Shown: positions 22,117 through 38,592, numbered from the stretch's first letter. The stretch is 64,000 bases of DNA from Nannocystis bainbridge (GCF_028368995.1 NZ_JAQNDL010000002.1:1120001-1184000); one strand, 5' to 3'. The notes: generated by a model from the sequence alone, not told the origin. Numbers and translations are program-made.

Positions 22117-25100
22117 TCAACGCGAGTCGGCCGCGCGAGGCGCCGGCACCGGCTCGCGGATCAGGGGGCGCAGGTCGAGGCATTCGCGCTCGCCGCTGGC
22201 GGCGCACGGGCGGCGCAGGCGGTCCTGGGACCACGCCTCGGCGCGCGTGCCCGCAGCCGCGGCCGCGAGCGCCTGCTGCAGCGCAGCGGTATGGGGCCTC
22301 AGGACCGAGGCGGGCAGGGCCTCGATCGGCGGCGCGATCGCCTGGGCGAGCCAGCGATCGATGGCGATCTCCCAGCTCCCGGCGCGTAATGGCGGAAGCG
22401 GCGGCAGCTCGACGCGCGCGGACGACGGGGCCAGCAAACGCCCGAGCGCGGCGCCGGCGGCGTCCCGCGGCAATCCGCGCGGACCGACGTAGCGCCCGAG
22501 CAGGGTGGCGATCGCGTCGTCGCGCGCGGCCTCGCGACGGAGCTGTCCGAAGCGCCAGGCCGCGATCGCGGCGACCACGGGATCGCTGGCGTTCAGGTCG
22601 GCGCCGACGCGCGCGAGCTGGTCGTCGCCGGTCAGGGCCGCGCGGGCGAACGCGCAGACCCGTCGCGCCTGCTGGCTGCTTGCGGCGGCCGCCAGACGGG
22701 CGACGCGGTCGCGGTCGGCGAGGTCGCCTCCGCGCGCCAGCGAGGCGCAGGCGAGCGCGATCATCAATCCCTCGTGCTCCGGCGCGGCGAAGCGACGCAG
22801 CTCGGTGGCGGCCGCGGGGGCGCTGCTGCGGGCCAGGGCCCAGGCGGCGGCGTACCAGCTCTCGCGCGAGGCGTCGCCGGTGCGCAGCAGGTCGGCGAAC
22901 ACCGATACGGCCTCGGGCTCGTCGAGGGCGCCCGCGGCCTGAATGGCGGCCGCGCGGGCCTGTTCGAACGCCGTGCGGACGGTGCGGGTGGCGTCGCGTG
23001 GCGGGGTCAGCTGCGCGCCCATGCGCGCGAGCGGCAGCGCGGTCTGGGGCAGGGCGAGGCGGCCGAGGTGCTCGGCGGCGCGGAGGCGACCGGTGACCGG
23101 GCCGCGCGCGAGCGCCTCGACCAGCGAGCGCCGCAGCGCGCCGGTCCGCGCGGTCCGCTCGGGCTCGTCGCCGCTGGCGAGCCACGTCTTGATCGCGGAG
23201 GTACTGGCCCGATCGAGGGCGTCGAGCAGCAGCGCGCGGCCCTCGTCGGCGCTTGGATCGCGCCGCGCCCGGGCGAGCGCGAGATCGAGGATCGGCGCGA
23301 TCGCGCCGCGCGTCTCCGCGAGGTCGAGGGCGCGTCGCCCGGCCTGCTCGACGACCTCGGGCGCGCCGCCCTGCTCCACGATCGCGCGCAGCATCGCCTC
23401 GGCGCGCTCGGGCCTGCCGCGCGCGAGCTCGAGCTCCGCCAGTCGCAGGCGCGCCGGGGCGTTGGACGGATCGCGCTGCAGCAACCCCTCGTAGAGCTTG
23501 GAGGCCTGCTCGGGCTCGCCGCGGCGCTCGTAGAGCTCGCCGATACGGATCAGCACCCGGGCGCTGTCGGCCTTGTCGAGCTCGACATGCGCGGCGGCCA
23601 GCAGCACGCGCTCGATGTCCCCCGACTCGAAGGCCACCTCGGCGAGCTCGGCCAGGACGTCGGCGCTGCGCTTGGGGTCGAGCGTCATCATCCGCTCGAG
23701 CGCGTCCATCGCCGCATCGCCGCGGCCGGCGCGACGCAGGGCCAGGGCCAGCTCGGCGAGCCGCTCCGGATCCTGAGCCCGCAGGCGCACCAGCTTCTCG
23801 TGCACCGCGACCGCCTTGGCGTACTTCTCCTCGCGTGTGTAGATCTCGGCCAGCAGCAGACCTGCCTCGAAGGCCAGGTCGGTGTCCTTGCCGTCGAGGT
23901 CGAGCAGGGCCTGCTTCTCGATCGCCTGGCGACGGCTGGTGAACTGCGACAGCGTGCCGCCGACCAGGATGTCGACGATCCGCGTGCGCGCCTCGTCGTG
24001 GAGGATCCGGTGCTCGGGCGCGCGGGTCAGCTCGAACACTTGCTGCCAGGTGGTGAGCGCCTGGTGGGGCAGGCGATCGTCGGTCTCGAGGATCGCGCGC
24101 AGGCGCAGGTACTTGGGATCGCGCGGCGCGGCGGCCAGGGCCTTCTGCAGCGACAACACGGCCTCGGGCCGGCGGTGCTCGGCGAGGATCTCGGCGTGGC
24201 GGGCCCAGCCGGCGTGCCCCGGACGCACGAGCCCCGGCAGCAGCGCCCACTCCTTCATGGCTTCGGGCTCGCGGTTCATCTGGAACAGCTGCTCACCGAG
24301 AGCCACGCGCGCGTCGGGGTCGCGCGGTCGGGCGCGGACCAGCCGCTGCGCCACCGCGAGCGCGCGATCGGGTTCGTCCTGCAAATTGTAGAAGTCGAGC
24401 AGCCGCAGCAGCGCGTCGCCCTGGGTGCTGGCGGCGGCCTCGAGCTCGGCGGCGACCTTGAGCCCTTGCTCGCGCTTGCCGGTGCCGATGAGCCGCGCCG
24501 CCAGCTCGAGCCCCAGCTGCAGGCGCTCGGGGCTCTTGGGCCCGAGCTTGGCGAACTCGGCCAGCGCCGCCTCGGCCTCGCCACCTGACTCGAGGGACAT
24601 GACCAAAGCAGCACGTGCTTCCGGGTCGTCGGGATCGGCCGCGAGCGCGCGGCGCCAGGCGTCGACCGGATCGGCCCCGCCCGCCGCCTGTGCGCGGGCC
24701 AGGGCGCGCCAGCCGGCGCCGTCGCGGGCCTGCTCGGCGCGGCCGAGGAACCGCTCGATCCGCGCCGGCGCATCGCCGCTGGCCTGACGCGCACCTGCCT
24801 CCAAGACCAGGTCCCACGCCGACGCACGCTCGGGGCTGCCGACCCGCGTCGCCTCCACCTGCGCCCACGCGAGCTCGCTCGCCCCCGCGGCGTCACCGTT
24901 CGACAGCCGCGTGCGGGCCCACTCCTCGCGCGCGCTCAGTTGATCGGCGCCGCGGAGGCCCGCCACCGCCTTGGCGTAGGCGGCCTCGGCGGGCGCGGAT
25001 TGACCGGCGCGGGCGGCCGCGCGGGCGAGTCGGAGCTGGGCCGCGCCGTTGCTCGGATCGCGGGCCAGCGCCTGGGCCAGCCGCAGCGCCTCGGGTCCGA

Positions 25101-25659
25101 GGCCGTTGCGATCGGCGATGTCGAGCGCTTGCAGGCGCAGCGCGTCGTCATTGTTCGCCTGGGCCGCGGCCTCGAGCGCGGTCACGGCTCCGCGGGCGTC
25201 GCCGGCGGCTTGCAGCGCCTCGACGCGCAGCTTGAACACGCGGGCGCGCAGGCTGCCGGCTCGTGGTTCGACCTCGACGAGGCGGGCCGCAGCGCCGCGC
25301 GGATCGCCGAGGCCGAGCTTGGCCCGCGCGTCGAGGATCCCCAGGGACAGGTCACCTGGCGTTCGGGACAGCCCGGCCTCGATGCGTTTGGCCAGGCCGG
25401 CCTTGCCGAGCACCGCTTCGAGCGCGCGCCACTGGGCCTGATCGAACGGCTGTTTGCGCAGCTTGTCGAACCGCTGCTGCACCAGCGCGGGGTCGGCGGC
25501 GCTGCGCTCGACGCTCCAGTCGTCCTCCGCGGGGGCTGCCTGAGCCGATGGCGCAGCGAACAGGGCGAGAGCGAGCGGGATCCATCCGTAAAGCGCGTGA
25601 GCCCCAGCACGCGGACGAGCCGTTCGCGAGCGCGGCGCGAGGCGAGGCCGGAGGACCAT
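22117..25659 (-). CDS. Large secreted TPR/HEAT-repeat protein (start approximate)
   Basis: Signal-peptide-like LALALFAAPSAQA; repeated DPxxxxARLxLA TPR units. Confidence 0.75.
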   Translation of the reverse strand: MVLRPRLAPRSRTARPRAGAHALYGWIPLALALFAAPSAQAAPAEDDWSVERSAADPALVQQRFDKLRKQPFDQAQWRALEAVLGKAGLAKRIEAGLSRTPGDLSLGILDARAKLGLGDPRGAAARLVEVEPRAGSLRARVFKLRVEALQAAGDARGAVTALEAAAQANNDDALRLQALDIADRNGLGPEALRLAQALARDPSNGAAQLRLARAAARAGQSAPAEAAYAKAVAGLRGADQLSAREEWARTRLSNGDAAGASELAWAQVEATRVGSPERASAWDLVLEAGARQASGDAPARIERFLGRAEQARDGAGWRALARAQAAGGADPVDAWRRALAADPDDPEARAALVMSLESGGEAEAALAEFAKLGPKSPERLQLGLELAARLIGTGKREQGLKVAAELEAAASTQGDALLRLLDFYNLQDEPDRALAVAQRLVRARPRDPDARVALGEQLFQMNREPEAMKEWALLPGLVRPGHAGWARHAEILAEHRRPEAVLSLQKALAAAPRDPKYLRLRAILETDDRLPHQALTTWQQVFELTRAPEHRILHDEARTRIVDILVGGTLSQFTSRRQAIEKQALLDLDGKDTDLAFEAGLLLAEIYTREEKYAKAVAVHEKLVRLRAQDPERLAELALALRRAGRGDAAMDALERMMTLDPKRSADVLAELAEVAFESGDIERVLLAAAHVELDKADSARVLIRIGELYERRGEPEQASKLYEGLLQRDPSNAPARLRLAELELARGRPERAEAMLRAIVEQGGAPEVVEQAGRRALDLAETRGAIAPILDLALARARRDPSADEGRALLLDALDRASTSAIKTWLASGDEPERTARTGALRRSLVEALARGPVTGRLRAAEHLGRLALPQTALPLARMGAQLTPPRDATRTVRTAFEQARAAAIQAAGALDEPEAVSVFADLLRTGDASRESWYAAAWALARSSAPAAATELRRFAAPEHEGLMIALACASLARGGDLADRDRVARLAAAASSQQARRVCAFARAALTGDDQLARVGADLNASDPVVAAIAAWRFGQLRREAARDDAIATLLGRYVGPRGLPRDAAGAALGRLLAPSSARVELPPLPPLRAGSWEIAIDRWLAQAIAPPIEALPASVLRPHTAALQQALAAAAAGTRAEAWSQDRLRRPCAASGERECLDLRPLIREPVPAPRAADSR

Positions 25660-25805
25660 TGCAGCGAGCCTAGCAGGTTTGCCGGCGGCGTCGCGGGCGA
25701 ACCCGGCCGAGCTCCCGCGCACGGCGAGACGGGCGCATCGACGTGCGACGCGCGGCGCGGCGGACCGGACCGGTCGGGCGCGAACGGGCGCGCGCCGGGT
25801 GGGTC

Positions 25806-25833
25806 TTGACCACAATTTCGTGCACCCTACATT
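25806..25833 (+). promoter_or_regulatory. Putative sigma-70 promoter for the FmdB-family gene and folD
   Basis: TTGACC-16 bp-TACATT. Confidence 0.5.
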
Positions 25834-25849
25834 CGCCCGAACCACGGTC

Positions 25850-26161
25850 ATGCCGATCTACGCCTATCGTTGTCTGCAATGCGAAGCCGAGCCCGAGTTC
25901 ATCCAGAAGATGAGCGAGGACCCGATCACCGTGTGCGAGGCCTGCGGTGGCCAACTGGTCCGCAAGGTGACCTCCGCGTCGTTCCACCTCAAGGGCGGCG
26001 GCTGGTACAAGGACGGCTACGCCAGCACCAAGCCGGGTGACGGCGGCGACAGCAAGAGCAGCGAGTCGAGCTCGACGCCCGCCACCGACACGGCCAGCAA
26101 GTCCGAGACACCCGCCAGCAAGCCGGCCGAGTCGACGAGCGCGAAGGCGGCCACGTCATGA
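25850..26161 (+). CDS. FmdB-family zinc-ribbon regulatory protein
   Basis: [11 protein letters not shown]...CEACGG...[13 protein letters not shown]. Confidence 0.9.
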   Translation: MPIYAYRCLQCEAEPEFIQKMSEDPITVCEACGGQLVRKVTSASFHLKGGGWYKDGYASTKPGDGGDSKSSESSSTPATDTASKSETPASKPAESTSAKAATS

Positions 26162-27015
26162 GCGCGCGCCGGCTCGACGGCAAGGCGCGGGCGGCCCGGC
26201 TGCTCGGCGAGGTCGAGCAGCGGGTGCGTGCGTGCAGCGAGCGCGGCGTCCGGCCGTGCCTGGCCGTCGTGCTGGTCGGCGACGATCCCGCGTCGCAGGT
26301 CTACGTCCGCAGCAAGGAGAAGCGGGCCGCCGAGATCGGCATCGAGGCCCGCGATCATCGCCTGCCGGCGAGCACGACCACCGACGAGCTGCTCGCGCTG
26401 GTCGCGGCCCTCAACGCCGAGAGCGCCGTCGACGGGATCCTGATCCAGCTGCCGCTGCCGCCCCAGTGCGACGCGCAGCGGATCTTGCTCGCGGTCGACC
26501 CGGCCAAGGACGTCGACGGCTTCCACCCCGACAACCTCGGGCGCCTCATGCTCGGCCAGCCGCGCTTCGTCGCCTGCACTCCGCAAGGCTGCATGTTGCT
26601 GCTCGAAGACTCGGGCGTCTCGCTCGCAGGGGCGCGCGCGCTGGTGATCGGCCGCTCGACGATCGTCGGCAAGCCGATGGCGCAGCTGCTGGTCCACGCC
26701 GACGCGACGGTGACGGTCGCCCACTCGCGCACGCGCGACCTGGCGGCCGAGGTGGCCCGCGCCGACATCGTGGTCGCGGCGATCGGCCGCCCCGAGTTCG
26801 TCCGCGGCGAGTGGATCAAGCCCGGCGCGGTCGTGATCGACGTCGGCATGAACCGCCTGGCCGACGGCCGCCTGGTGGGCGACGTCGAGTTCGCGGCCGC
26901 CGAGGCGCGCGCGTCGGCGATCACGCCGGTGCCCGGCGGCGTGGGCCCGATGACGATCGCGTGCCTGCTCCACAACGTGGTGCTGGCGGCCGAGCGCCGG
27001 GCCGGCCTGGTCTGA
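26158..27015 (+). CDS. folD: Methylene-THF dehydrogenase/cyclohydrolase
   Basis: [48 protein letters not shown]. Confidence 0.96.
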   Translation: MSARRLDGKARAARLLGEVEQRVRACSERGVRPCLAVVLVGDDPASQVYVRSKEKRAAEIGIEARDHRLPASTTTDELLALVAALNAESAVDGILIQLPLPPQCDAQRILLAVDPAKDVDGFHPDNLGRLMLGQPRFVACTPQGCMLLLEDSGVSLAGARALVIGRSTIVGKPMAQLLVHADATVTVAHSRTRDLAAEVARADIVVAAIGRPEFVRGEWIKPGAVVIDVGMNRLADGRLVGDVEFAAAEARASAITPVPGGVGPMTIACLLHNVVLAAERRAGLV

Positions 27016-27022
27016 CAGGGCG

Positions 27023-27106
27023 TGGCCTTGGGAGCATGTTCATCGGAACATGCTCCGAGGGCCATGTGCCCATGAGCATGTCCTGGAGGACATGCTCCCA
27101 CGGACA
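27023..27106. repeat. 6-unit array of the 14-bp palindrome between convergent folD and parB
   Basis: tggcc-ttgg-gagca, tgttc-atcg-gaaca, tgctc-cgag-ggcca, tgtgc-ccat-gagca, tgtcc-tgga-ggaca, tgctc-ccac-ggaca. Confidence 0.9.
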
Positions 27107-27111
27107 GGCGC

Positions 27112-28053
27112 TCAGGTTTCGTCGTCGCGGCGCTCGCCGAGGAAGTGCTCGAGCAGGCGGTCGAGCTCGTCGAGGCTGCCGTAGGGCACCTCGATGGTGC
27201 CGGCGCCCTTCTTCTTGCTGTCCGAGCGCACGGCCACCTGGACGCCGAGGCTGCGACGCAGGCGCTCCTCGAGGTCGCGGACGATCACCGCGCGCTTGTG
27301 CGTCTCGGGGTCGGGCTCGGCCTCGGGCTCGCTCGGCCGCAGCCGCTCACGCACCGCGCGTTCGACCGCGCGGACGCTGAGGCCCTTCTCGATCGCCTCA
27401 TAGGCGAGCGCCAGCATGTCCGCCGCGTTCTCGAGCGCCAGCAGGGCGCGCGCGTGGCCCATGCTGAGGCGGCCGTCCTGCACCAGGTCTTGCACCTTCG
27501 ACGGCAGGCGGAGCAGCCGCAGCGAGTTGGCGACGGTGCTGCGGTCCTTGCTCAGGCGCTCGGCCAGCTGGTCCTGCGTGAAGCCGCGGACGTCGATCAG
27601 CTGACGGAAGGCCTGAGCCTCCTCGATCGGCGACAGGTCGAGTCGCTGCAGGTTCTCGAGCACGGCCAGCTCGAGGCGGTCGCTCTCGGGCGTGTCGCGG
27701 ATGACGGCCGGCAGCTCGTGCAGCCCGGCCAGCTGGGCCGCGCGCCAGCGGCGTTCACCGGCGACGAGGATGTAGTGCCCGTGCAGGCCGGGGTTCGGCG
27801 TCACGACCACTGGTTGCAGCAGCCCGTGGCGCTTGAGGCTGTCGGCCAGCTCGCGCAGCAGGACCGGCTCGAACTGCTTGCGCGGCTGGTCGGGGTTGGC
27901 CGCGATCTGCTCGATCGGCAAGATGCGCAGCGCCGGGCCGCCCGGCGTGGGAACAGGCGAAGCCGCGGCGTCGGCGGAGGCCGGCGCGGGCGCCTGCGGG
28001 ATCAGAGCGCCGAGGCCGCGGCCGAGGGCAGGGGGCCGTTTGGGGAGGTTCAC
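27112..28053 (-). CDS. parB: Chromosome partitioning protein ParB
   Basis: LGRGLGALI, NPDQPRK, VAGERRWRA, ENLQR, RSTVANSLRLL; GTG start overlapping the parA stop. Confidence 0.93.
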   Translation of the reverse strand: MNLPKRPPALGRGLGALIPQAPAPASADAAASPVPTPGGPALRILPIEQIAANPDQPRKQFEPVLLRELADSLKRHGLLQPVVVTPNPGLHGHYILVAGERRWRAAQLAGLHELPAVIRDTPESDRLELAVLENLQRLDLSPIEEAQAFRQLIDVRGFTQDQLAERLSKDRSTVANSLRLLRLPSKVQDLVQDGRLSMGHARALLALENAADMLALAYEAIEKGLSVRAVERAVRERLRPSEPEAEPDPETHKRAVIVRDLEERLRRSLGVQVAVRSDSKKKGAGTIEVPYGSLDELDRLLEHFLGERRDDET

Positions 28054-28892
28054 GCGTCGGGCCTCGCTTCGATGCGGGACAGCAGCTCCTGGGCGAGGTC
28101 GAGGTAGGCGCGGGCGCCCTTGCTCTCGATGTCGTAGAGGAGGACCGGCTTGCCGTGGCTCGGGCTCTCGCTCAGGCGGACGTTGGGCGGGATGGCGGTG
28201 GCGAACACCTTGTCGGCGAAGTGCTGGCGGACCTCGGCGACGACCTGCTGGGCCAGGTTGGTGCGGCGGTCGAACATGCAGAAGACGATGCCCTCGATCG
28301 CCAGGCGGGGGTTGAGCGCCGCGCGGACGCGCTCGATCGTCCCGGTCAGCGCGCCCAGGCCCTCGAGCGAGAAGTACTTGGCCTGCATCGGGATCAGCAC
28401 CGTGTCGGCGGCCACGAGCGCGTTGAGGGTCAGCAGGCCGAGCGACGGCGGGCAGTCGAAGATGACGAAGTCCCAGTCGAGCTCCGCCTCGGCCCGCTCG
28501 AACGCGGCGCGCAGGACCATCTCGCGGCCGTGGACGCTCACGAGCTCGATCTCGGCGCCCGTCAGGTCGGGCGATGCCGGGATGACCTGAAGCGTCGGCA
28601 GCTCGGTCGCGTGGACCACGGCCTTGAGCGGGGCGGCGCCCAGCATCAGCTCGTAGGTGCCTGTGTCGACCTGGCCACGCGTGTAGCCGACCGCGGAGCT
28701 GGCGTTGCCCTGGGGGTCGAGATCGACGAGGAGGACCTTGCGCTCGGCTGCGGCCAGGCTGGCGGCGAGGTTGACGGCGGTGGTCGTCTTGCCCTCGCCG
28801 CCCTTTTGGTTGCTGACAGCGACGATCCGCGGCCGCCGCCGCGCGGGCGACCTCGATGCGGTGACCTTCGGCACGGGGCCACTCCCTACCAC
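28050..28892 (-). CDS. parA: Chromosome partitioning ATPase ParA/Soj
   Basis: NQKGGEGKTTT, DLDPQGNAS, DCPPSLG, NVRLSESPSHG. Confidence 0.93.
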   Translation of the reverse strand: MVGSGPVPKVTASRSPARRRPRIVAVSNQKGGEGKTTTAVNLAASLAAAERKVLLVDLDPQGNASSAVGYTRGQVDTGTYELMLGAAPLKAVVHATELPTLQVIPASPDLTGAEIELVSVHGREMVLRAAFERAEAELDWDFVIFDCPPSLGLLTLNALVAADTVLIPMQAKYFSLEGLGALTGTIERVRAALNPRLAIEGIVFCMFDRRTNLAQQVVAEVRQHFADKVFATAIPPNVRLSESPSHGKPVLLYDIESKGARAYLDLAQELLSRIEARPDA

Positions 28893-28986
28893 GGCCGGAG
28901 CCGCGCTGCTCGCCCGTGAAGAGGAGGTTAGTGTGATTCAAGGTCGTTTTCTTGCCCACATGTGGGACAAGACTTACAAGGTGGGC

Positions 28987-29160
28987 ATGAGCTACTACCG
29001 CACGGCGTTCACCAGCTTCGAAGAGTTCCAGCGCGAGGCCCTGCACGGCGAGTGTGACGACCTCGGCAAGGAAGAGCTCGAGCTCATCTACGACCTCGAG
29101 GACAGCGACAACCTGGTGCGGCCGGCTGCTCGTGCGCGTCGGCGACGGAGCCGCGAGTAG
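28987..29160 (+). CDS. Small acidic hypothetical protein (57 aa)
   Basis: ATG ORF MSYYRTAFTSFEEFQREAL... with strong GC3 codon bias; divergent from parA. Confidence 0.6.
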   Translation: MSYYRTAFTSFEEFQREALHGECDDLGKEELELIYDLEDSDNLVRPAARARRRRSRE

Positions 29161-29288
29161 GCCATGGCCGCGATGACCGGGACCTTCGCCGCGAACCCCA
29201 TCGCGGCCGCCCAGGGGGGCGATCTTTCGACCCTCCTGCTCGGCGCTTCGAAGCTGATCGTGTTCGGGATTTTGAGCTGTGCCGTGTC

Positions 29289-30656
29289 TCAAAGCCCCGG
29301 GCTCGGCGCCGCGAAGTCCCAGCTGTCCGGCGCGTCGGGTGCCTCCGGCGCGGCGCGGACCAGCGCGGCCTCCTGGGTCGCCGGGTCAGGCGCCGCCAGC
29401 GGATCGGGCCAGGCGCGGTAGCTGCTCCGCAGCTCGCCGAGGTCGTCGCGCAGCACGACCGGCTCGACGTTGCCGAGCCCCGCGTTGGCGAGCGCGTTGT
29501 CGTCGGTCCGCAGGACCAGCGCCGCGCCGACCGGCCCCTCGTACAGTGAACCGACGAGCAGGGCCTTGCGGCCAGGTGCGAGGCAGGTGTTCGGCGCGCA
29601 GCCGCCGTCGCCGCTGAAGTAGAGCAGGGGATCGACGCCCGGCGCACCGGGATCGACGGAGTCGGCCAGCGTGAAGCCGGCGAGGTCGACGGCGCCAGGC
29701 CCGAGGTTGACGACCTCGACGAACTCGGCGTGCTTCTCGAGGCTGGCCGGCCCGGACGGGTTGCTGAGCACCTCGACGATCGCCAGGGTCGCGGGCAGGG
29801 ACGGCTCGCCGGTGCTGTCGTCATCGCCGCCGAGCACGGGCAGCTCACCCGGACTCGGGGCGCAGGCGATCCAGTCGGCGGCGCTGTCGCTGTCGACCGC
29901 CGGATCGACGCGACACAGCGACTCGCCGGCGCCAGGCACCGCCGCGGGTGGGCCGCTCCACAGCGCGGGATCGTCGAAGGGCGCCGGCTGCGTCGCGCCG
30001 TAGAGGAGTGTGTCGCCGAGGTTGCCGTCCTGATCGCGCAGGCCGACGGCGCCGTCGTCGTTGCGCAGGCCGCCGCTGTCGGCGAACGCGGCGCGCAGGA
30101 CCTCGCCTTCGCGCAGGATGGCCGGGACCGGCAGGTCGGCGGGGCTGGCGTAGCGCAGCAGCAGCAGGCGTTCGCCAGGCTGCAGCACTTCGCCGCCGAT
30201 CCCGAGATCGCCCATCCACAGCTCGGGCCAGCTGCGCGCCGCGACCACCAGCCCGCCGAGCGTCAGCGGTTGTTCGCCGACGTGGGCGATCTCGACGAAC
30301 TCCGGGCTGGTGGCGCCGCCGTCCTTGCCGTCGGGATCGGCCATCACCTCCGTGATCCGCAGCACGCCGAGGGCGATGCTCGGCTCGCCGAATGTGTCCG
30401 TGAGGACAGGTCCTCCGGACCCTGTCCCCAGGGTCGAAGTGGCCTCGGGCAGCCCGAGGTCGACCGGCGCGGCGCCCCAGTCGGTGAGGCTCGGCCAGGT
30501 GGTGGTGTCGGCCGCGGTCGAGGTCCCGAGGCCGGTGCTGCCGGTCGTGGAGGTCGAGGTGTCGGCGGGGACGCCGGCGGGCTGCGGACTCCAGGCGCCG
30601 CAAGCGGCCGTGAACGCGAAGAAGAAGAGGGGAGTGACGAGGTGTCGTGAGTGCAC
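29289..30656 (-). CDS. Lipoprotein with two lamin-tail-like domains
   Basis: TAAC lipobox, Thr/Ser-rich linker, ITEVMADP..EFVEI and IVEVLSNP..EFVEVVN. Confidence 0.75.
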   Translation of the reverse strand: MHSRHLVTPLFFFAFTAACGAWSPQPAGVPADTSTSTTGSTGLGTSTAADTTTWPSLTDWGAAPVDLGLPEATSTLGTGSGGPVLTDTFGEPSIALGVLRITEVMADPDGKDGGATSPEFVEIAHVGEQPLTLGGLVVAARSWPELWMGDLGIGGEVLQPGERLLLLRYASPADLPVPAILREGEVLRAAFADSGGLRNDDGAVGLRDQDGNLGDTLLYGATQPAPFDDPALWSGPPAAVPGAGESLCRVDPAVDSDSAADWIACAPSPGELPVLGGDDDSTGEPSLPATLAIVEVLSNPSGPASLEKHAEFVEVVNLGPGAVDLAGFTLADSVDPGAPGVDPLLYFSGDGGCAPNTCLAPGRKALLVGSLYEGPVGAALVLRTDDNALANAGLGNVEPVVLRDDLGELRSSYRAWPDPLAAPDPATQEAALVRAAPEAPDAPDSWDFAAPSPGL

Positions 30657-30751
30657 ACCCGGAGGTCGTGGTTCGCGGGGTCGGTCTTGCAGCCCGGACG
30701 CGAAAGTTGAGCGCGGCGATGCGTGAGGCCGCGCCACAACTCGCGTTGGGG

Positions 30752-32584
<1,833 letters not shown>

Positions 32585-32742
32585 TTCCCGCGACTATAAC
32601 ATCGTCGCACTGCCCGGCCGGGGCGCGCGCCGATTCTCGCGGACTATCAGCGAGATTGACGACGCGTCCGTCCGCGCCCGCGACCGCGAATTCGGTCCTC
32701 GGGGCCACGAATCAGCCGTCCGTACGCGTGGAACTCGCGTGG

Positions 32743-32770
32743 TTGACAGCCTAGGGCCGAGTGTTACGTT
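32743..32770 (+). promoter_or_regulatory. Putative lon promoter
   Basis: TTGACA-16 bp-TACGTT with extended TG. Confidence 0.55.
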
Positions 32771-32782
32771 TCCGGCACTCTT

Positions 32783-35233
<2,451 letters not shown>

Positions 35234-35383
35234 GCGCGGCTTTTGCGGACCGTCGGGCCCCGGGTTCGTCCCTGGGCCCCGCGGTCCGCGTTCGCGTGCG
35301 CCCGTTTTCCCGGCCGTTGCGAGCGCCCGTGGCACGGTGCATTTTCCGGGCCCTCGCGCTGGCTCGGCCCGCTCGACGGCCGA

Positions 35384-35411
35384 TTGACATGCGAGAACCG
35401 GGCCTTACTCT
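35384..35411 (+). promoter_or_regulatory. Putative dnaK promoter
   Basis: TTGACA-16 bp-TACTCT. Confidence 0.55.
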
Positions 35412-35508
35412 GCGCCCGTAACGCTTCCCGGCCTTTCTGGGCCCGAGAGGGAAGCAGAAGTCCCCCGGCCCGTACAGGCCAAGTCCCGAGAAAGGTCAGA
35501 GTTCCACA

Positions 35509-37449
<1,941 letters not shown>

Positions 37450-37467
37450 CGCGCTCCGGCGCGCAGC

Positions 37468-37504
37468 GGGCCGAGTCCCTCACGGGGGCTCGGCCCTTTC
37501 TATT
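37468..37504 (+). terminator. Rho-independent terminator after dnaK
   Basis: gggccgagtccc/gggctcggccc stem followed by tttctatt. Confidence 0.8.
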
Positions 37505-37722
37505 GGGTCACCGCGAGCTCGTGGCCCAGCAGCGGTGGGAGCGGGGTCTCCTGCACCGATCTTCGGCCTCGGCCCGACTGCGCCGGGAGGGGCCCTGCGG
37601 CCCGGCCTCCGGCGATCCGCGCGGGTCTGCAATCACGGACGCGCGGCCCGTCCTGATGCGCGCCAGCGCGAGTCTGCCCGTCTTTGGACAGCGCGACGCG
37701 GAGGGACTAAAAGAATTGGGTC

Positions 37723-38592
37723 ATGCCCCTTCGCGCGAAGGCCGTCGCTACGCTCGCGTTCGGGCTCGTCCTCACCAGCTGCGCCGGTCCCAACCTCTGG
37801 ACCGACGGCACCAGCGTGTCGACCGGCCTTTCGAGCCGCGGCCGCCTGCGTCGCCCGGCGAAGCTGGAGCTCACAGGCAGCGGCTTCACGGTGCCGGAGC
37901 GCTGGACGAAGCGAGGCTTCCAGTACGGCACCGAGGAGCTGGTGGCGGCGCTCGGCCGCGCGGCCAAGACGGTCCGCGGCGGCGCCAAGAAGGTGACGCT
38001 CGGCATCGCCGACCTCAGCCCGCAGCGCGGCGGCAAGTCGAAGTGGCACAGCAGCCACCAGAGCGGCCGCGACGTCGACCTGATCTTCTACAGCGCGGAC
38101 GAGCAGGGCAAGCCGCTGGCGCCGCCCGAGAACGACATGATCCGCTACGACGGCGAGGGCAAGCCGTACATCCGCGGCAAGGGCACTTACAGCGACGCGA
38201 TCTGGCAAGAGCGCCGGTTCGACACGGCCCGCAATTGGGCCCTGGTCGAAGCGCTGCTCGGCGACGCGACCATCCGCGTGCAGTGGATCTTCGTCTCGCA
38301 GCCGCTCGAGGATCGGCTGGTCGAGTACGCGACGCGGCACAAGAAGCCGCGCTGGCTCATCGAGTACGCGCGCGCCGTGATGTACGACCCGCCCGACGCG
38401 CCGACGCACAGCGACCACTTCCACGTCCGGATCTACTGCCCGCGCGACGACCGGTTCCACGGCTGCGTCGACCGCGGTGTCGTCTGGCAGCACGAGAAGA
38501 AGTCGTACAAGTACGGCGGCCCCGAGCGCTACGATCCCATCGCGTGGCGCTCGCTGGCGTCGCTCTCGGCGATCGCAATGGCGCCGGGCTGA
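37723..38592 (+). CDS. Penicillin-insensitive murein endopeptidase (MepA-like) lipoprotein
   Basis: LTSC lipobox, YGT, IADLS..RGG, HSSHQSGRDVD, HSDHFHVR. Confidence 0.85.
   Translation: MPLRAKAVATLAFGLVLTSCAGPNLWTDGTSVSTGLSSRGRLRRPAKLELTGSGFTVPERWTKRGFQYGTEELVAALGRAAKTVRGGAKKVTLGIADLSPQRGGKSKWHSSHQSGRDVDLIFYSADEQGKPLAPPENDMIRYDGEGKPYIRGKGTYSDAIWQERRFDTARNWALVEALLGDATIRVQWIFVSQPLEDRLVEYATRHKKPRWLIEYARAVMYDPPDAPTHSDHFHVRIYCPRDDRFHGCVDRGVVWQHEKKSYKYGGPERYDPIAWRSLASLSAIAMAPG

Noticed and set aside
32720-32735. acgcgtggaac as parS
   Set aside because: Only a half-site; the left arm does not match
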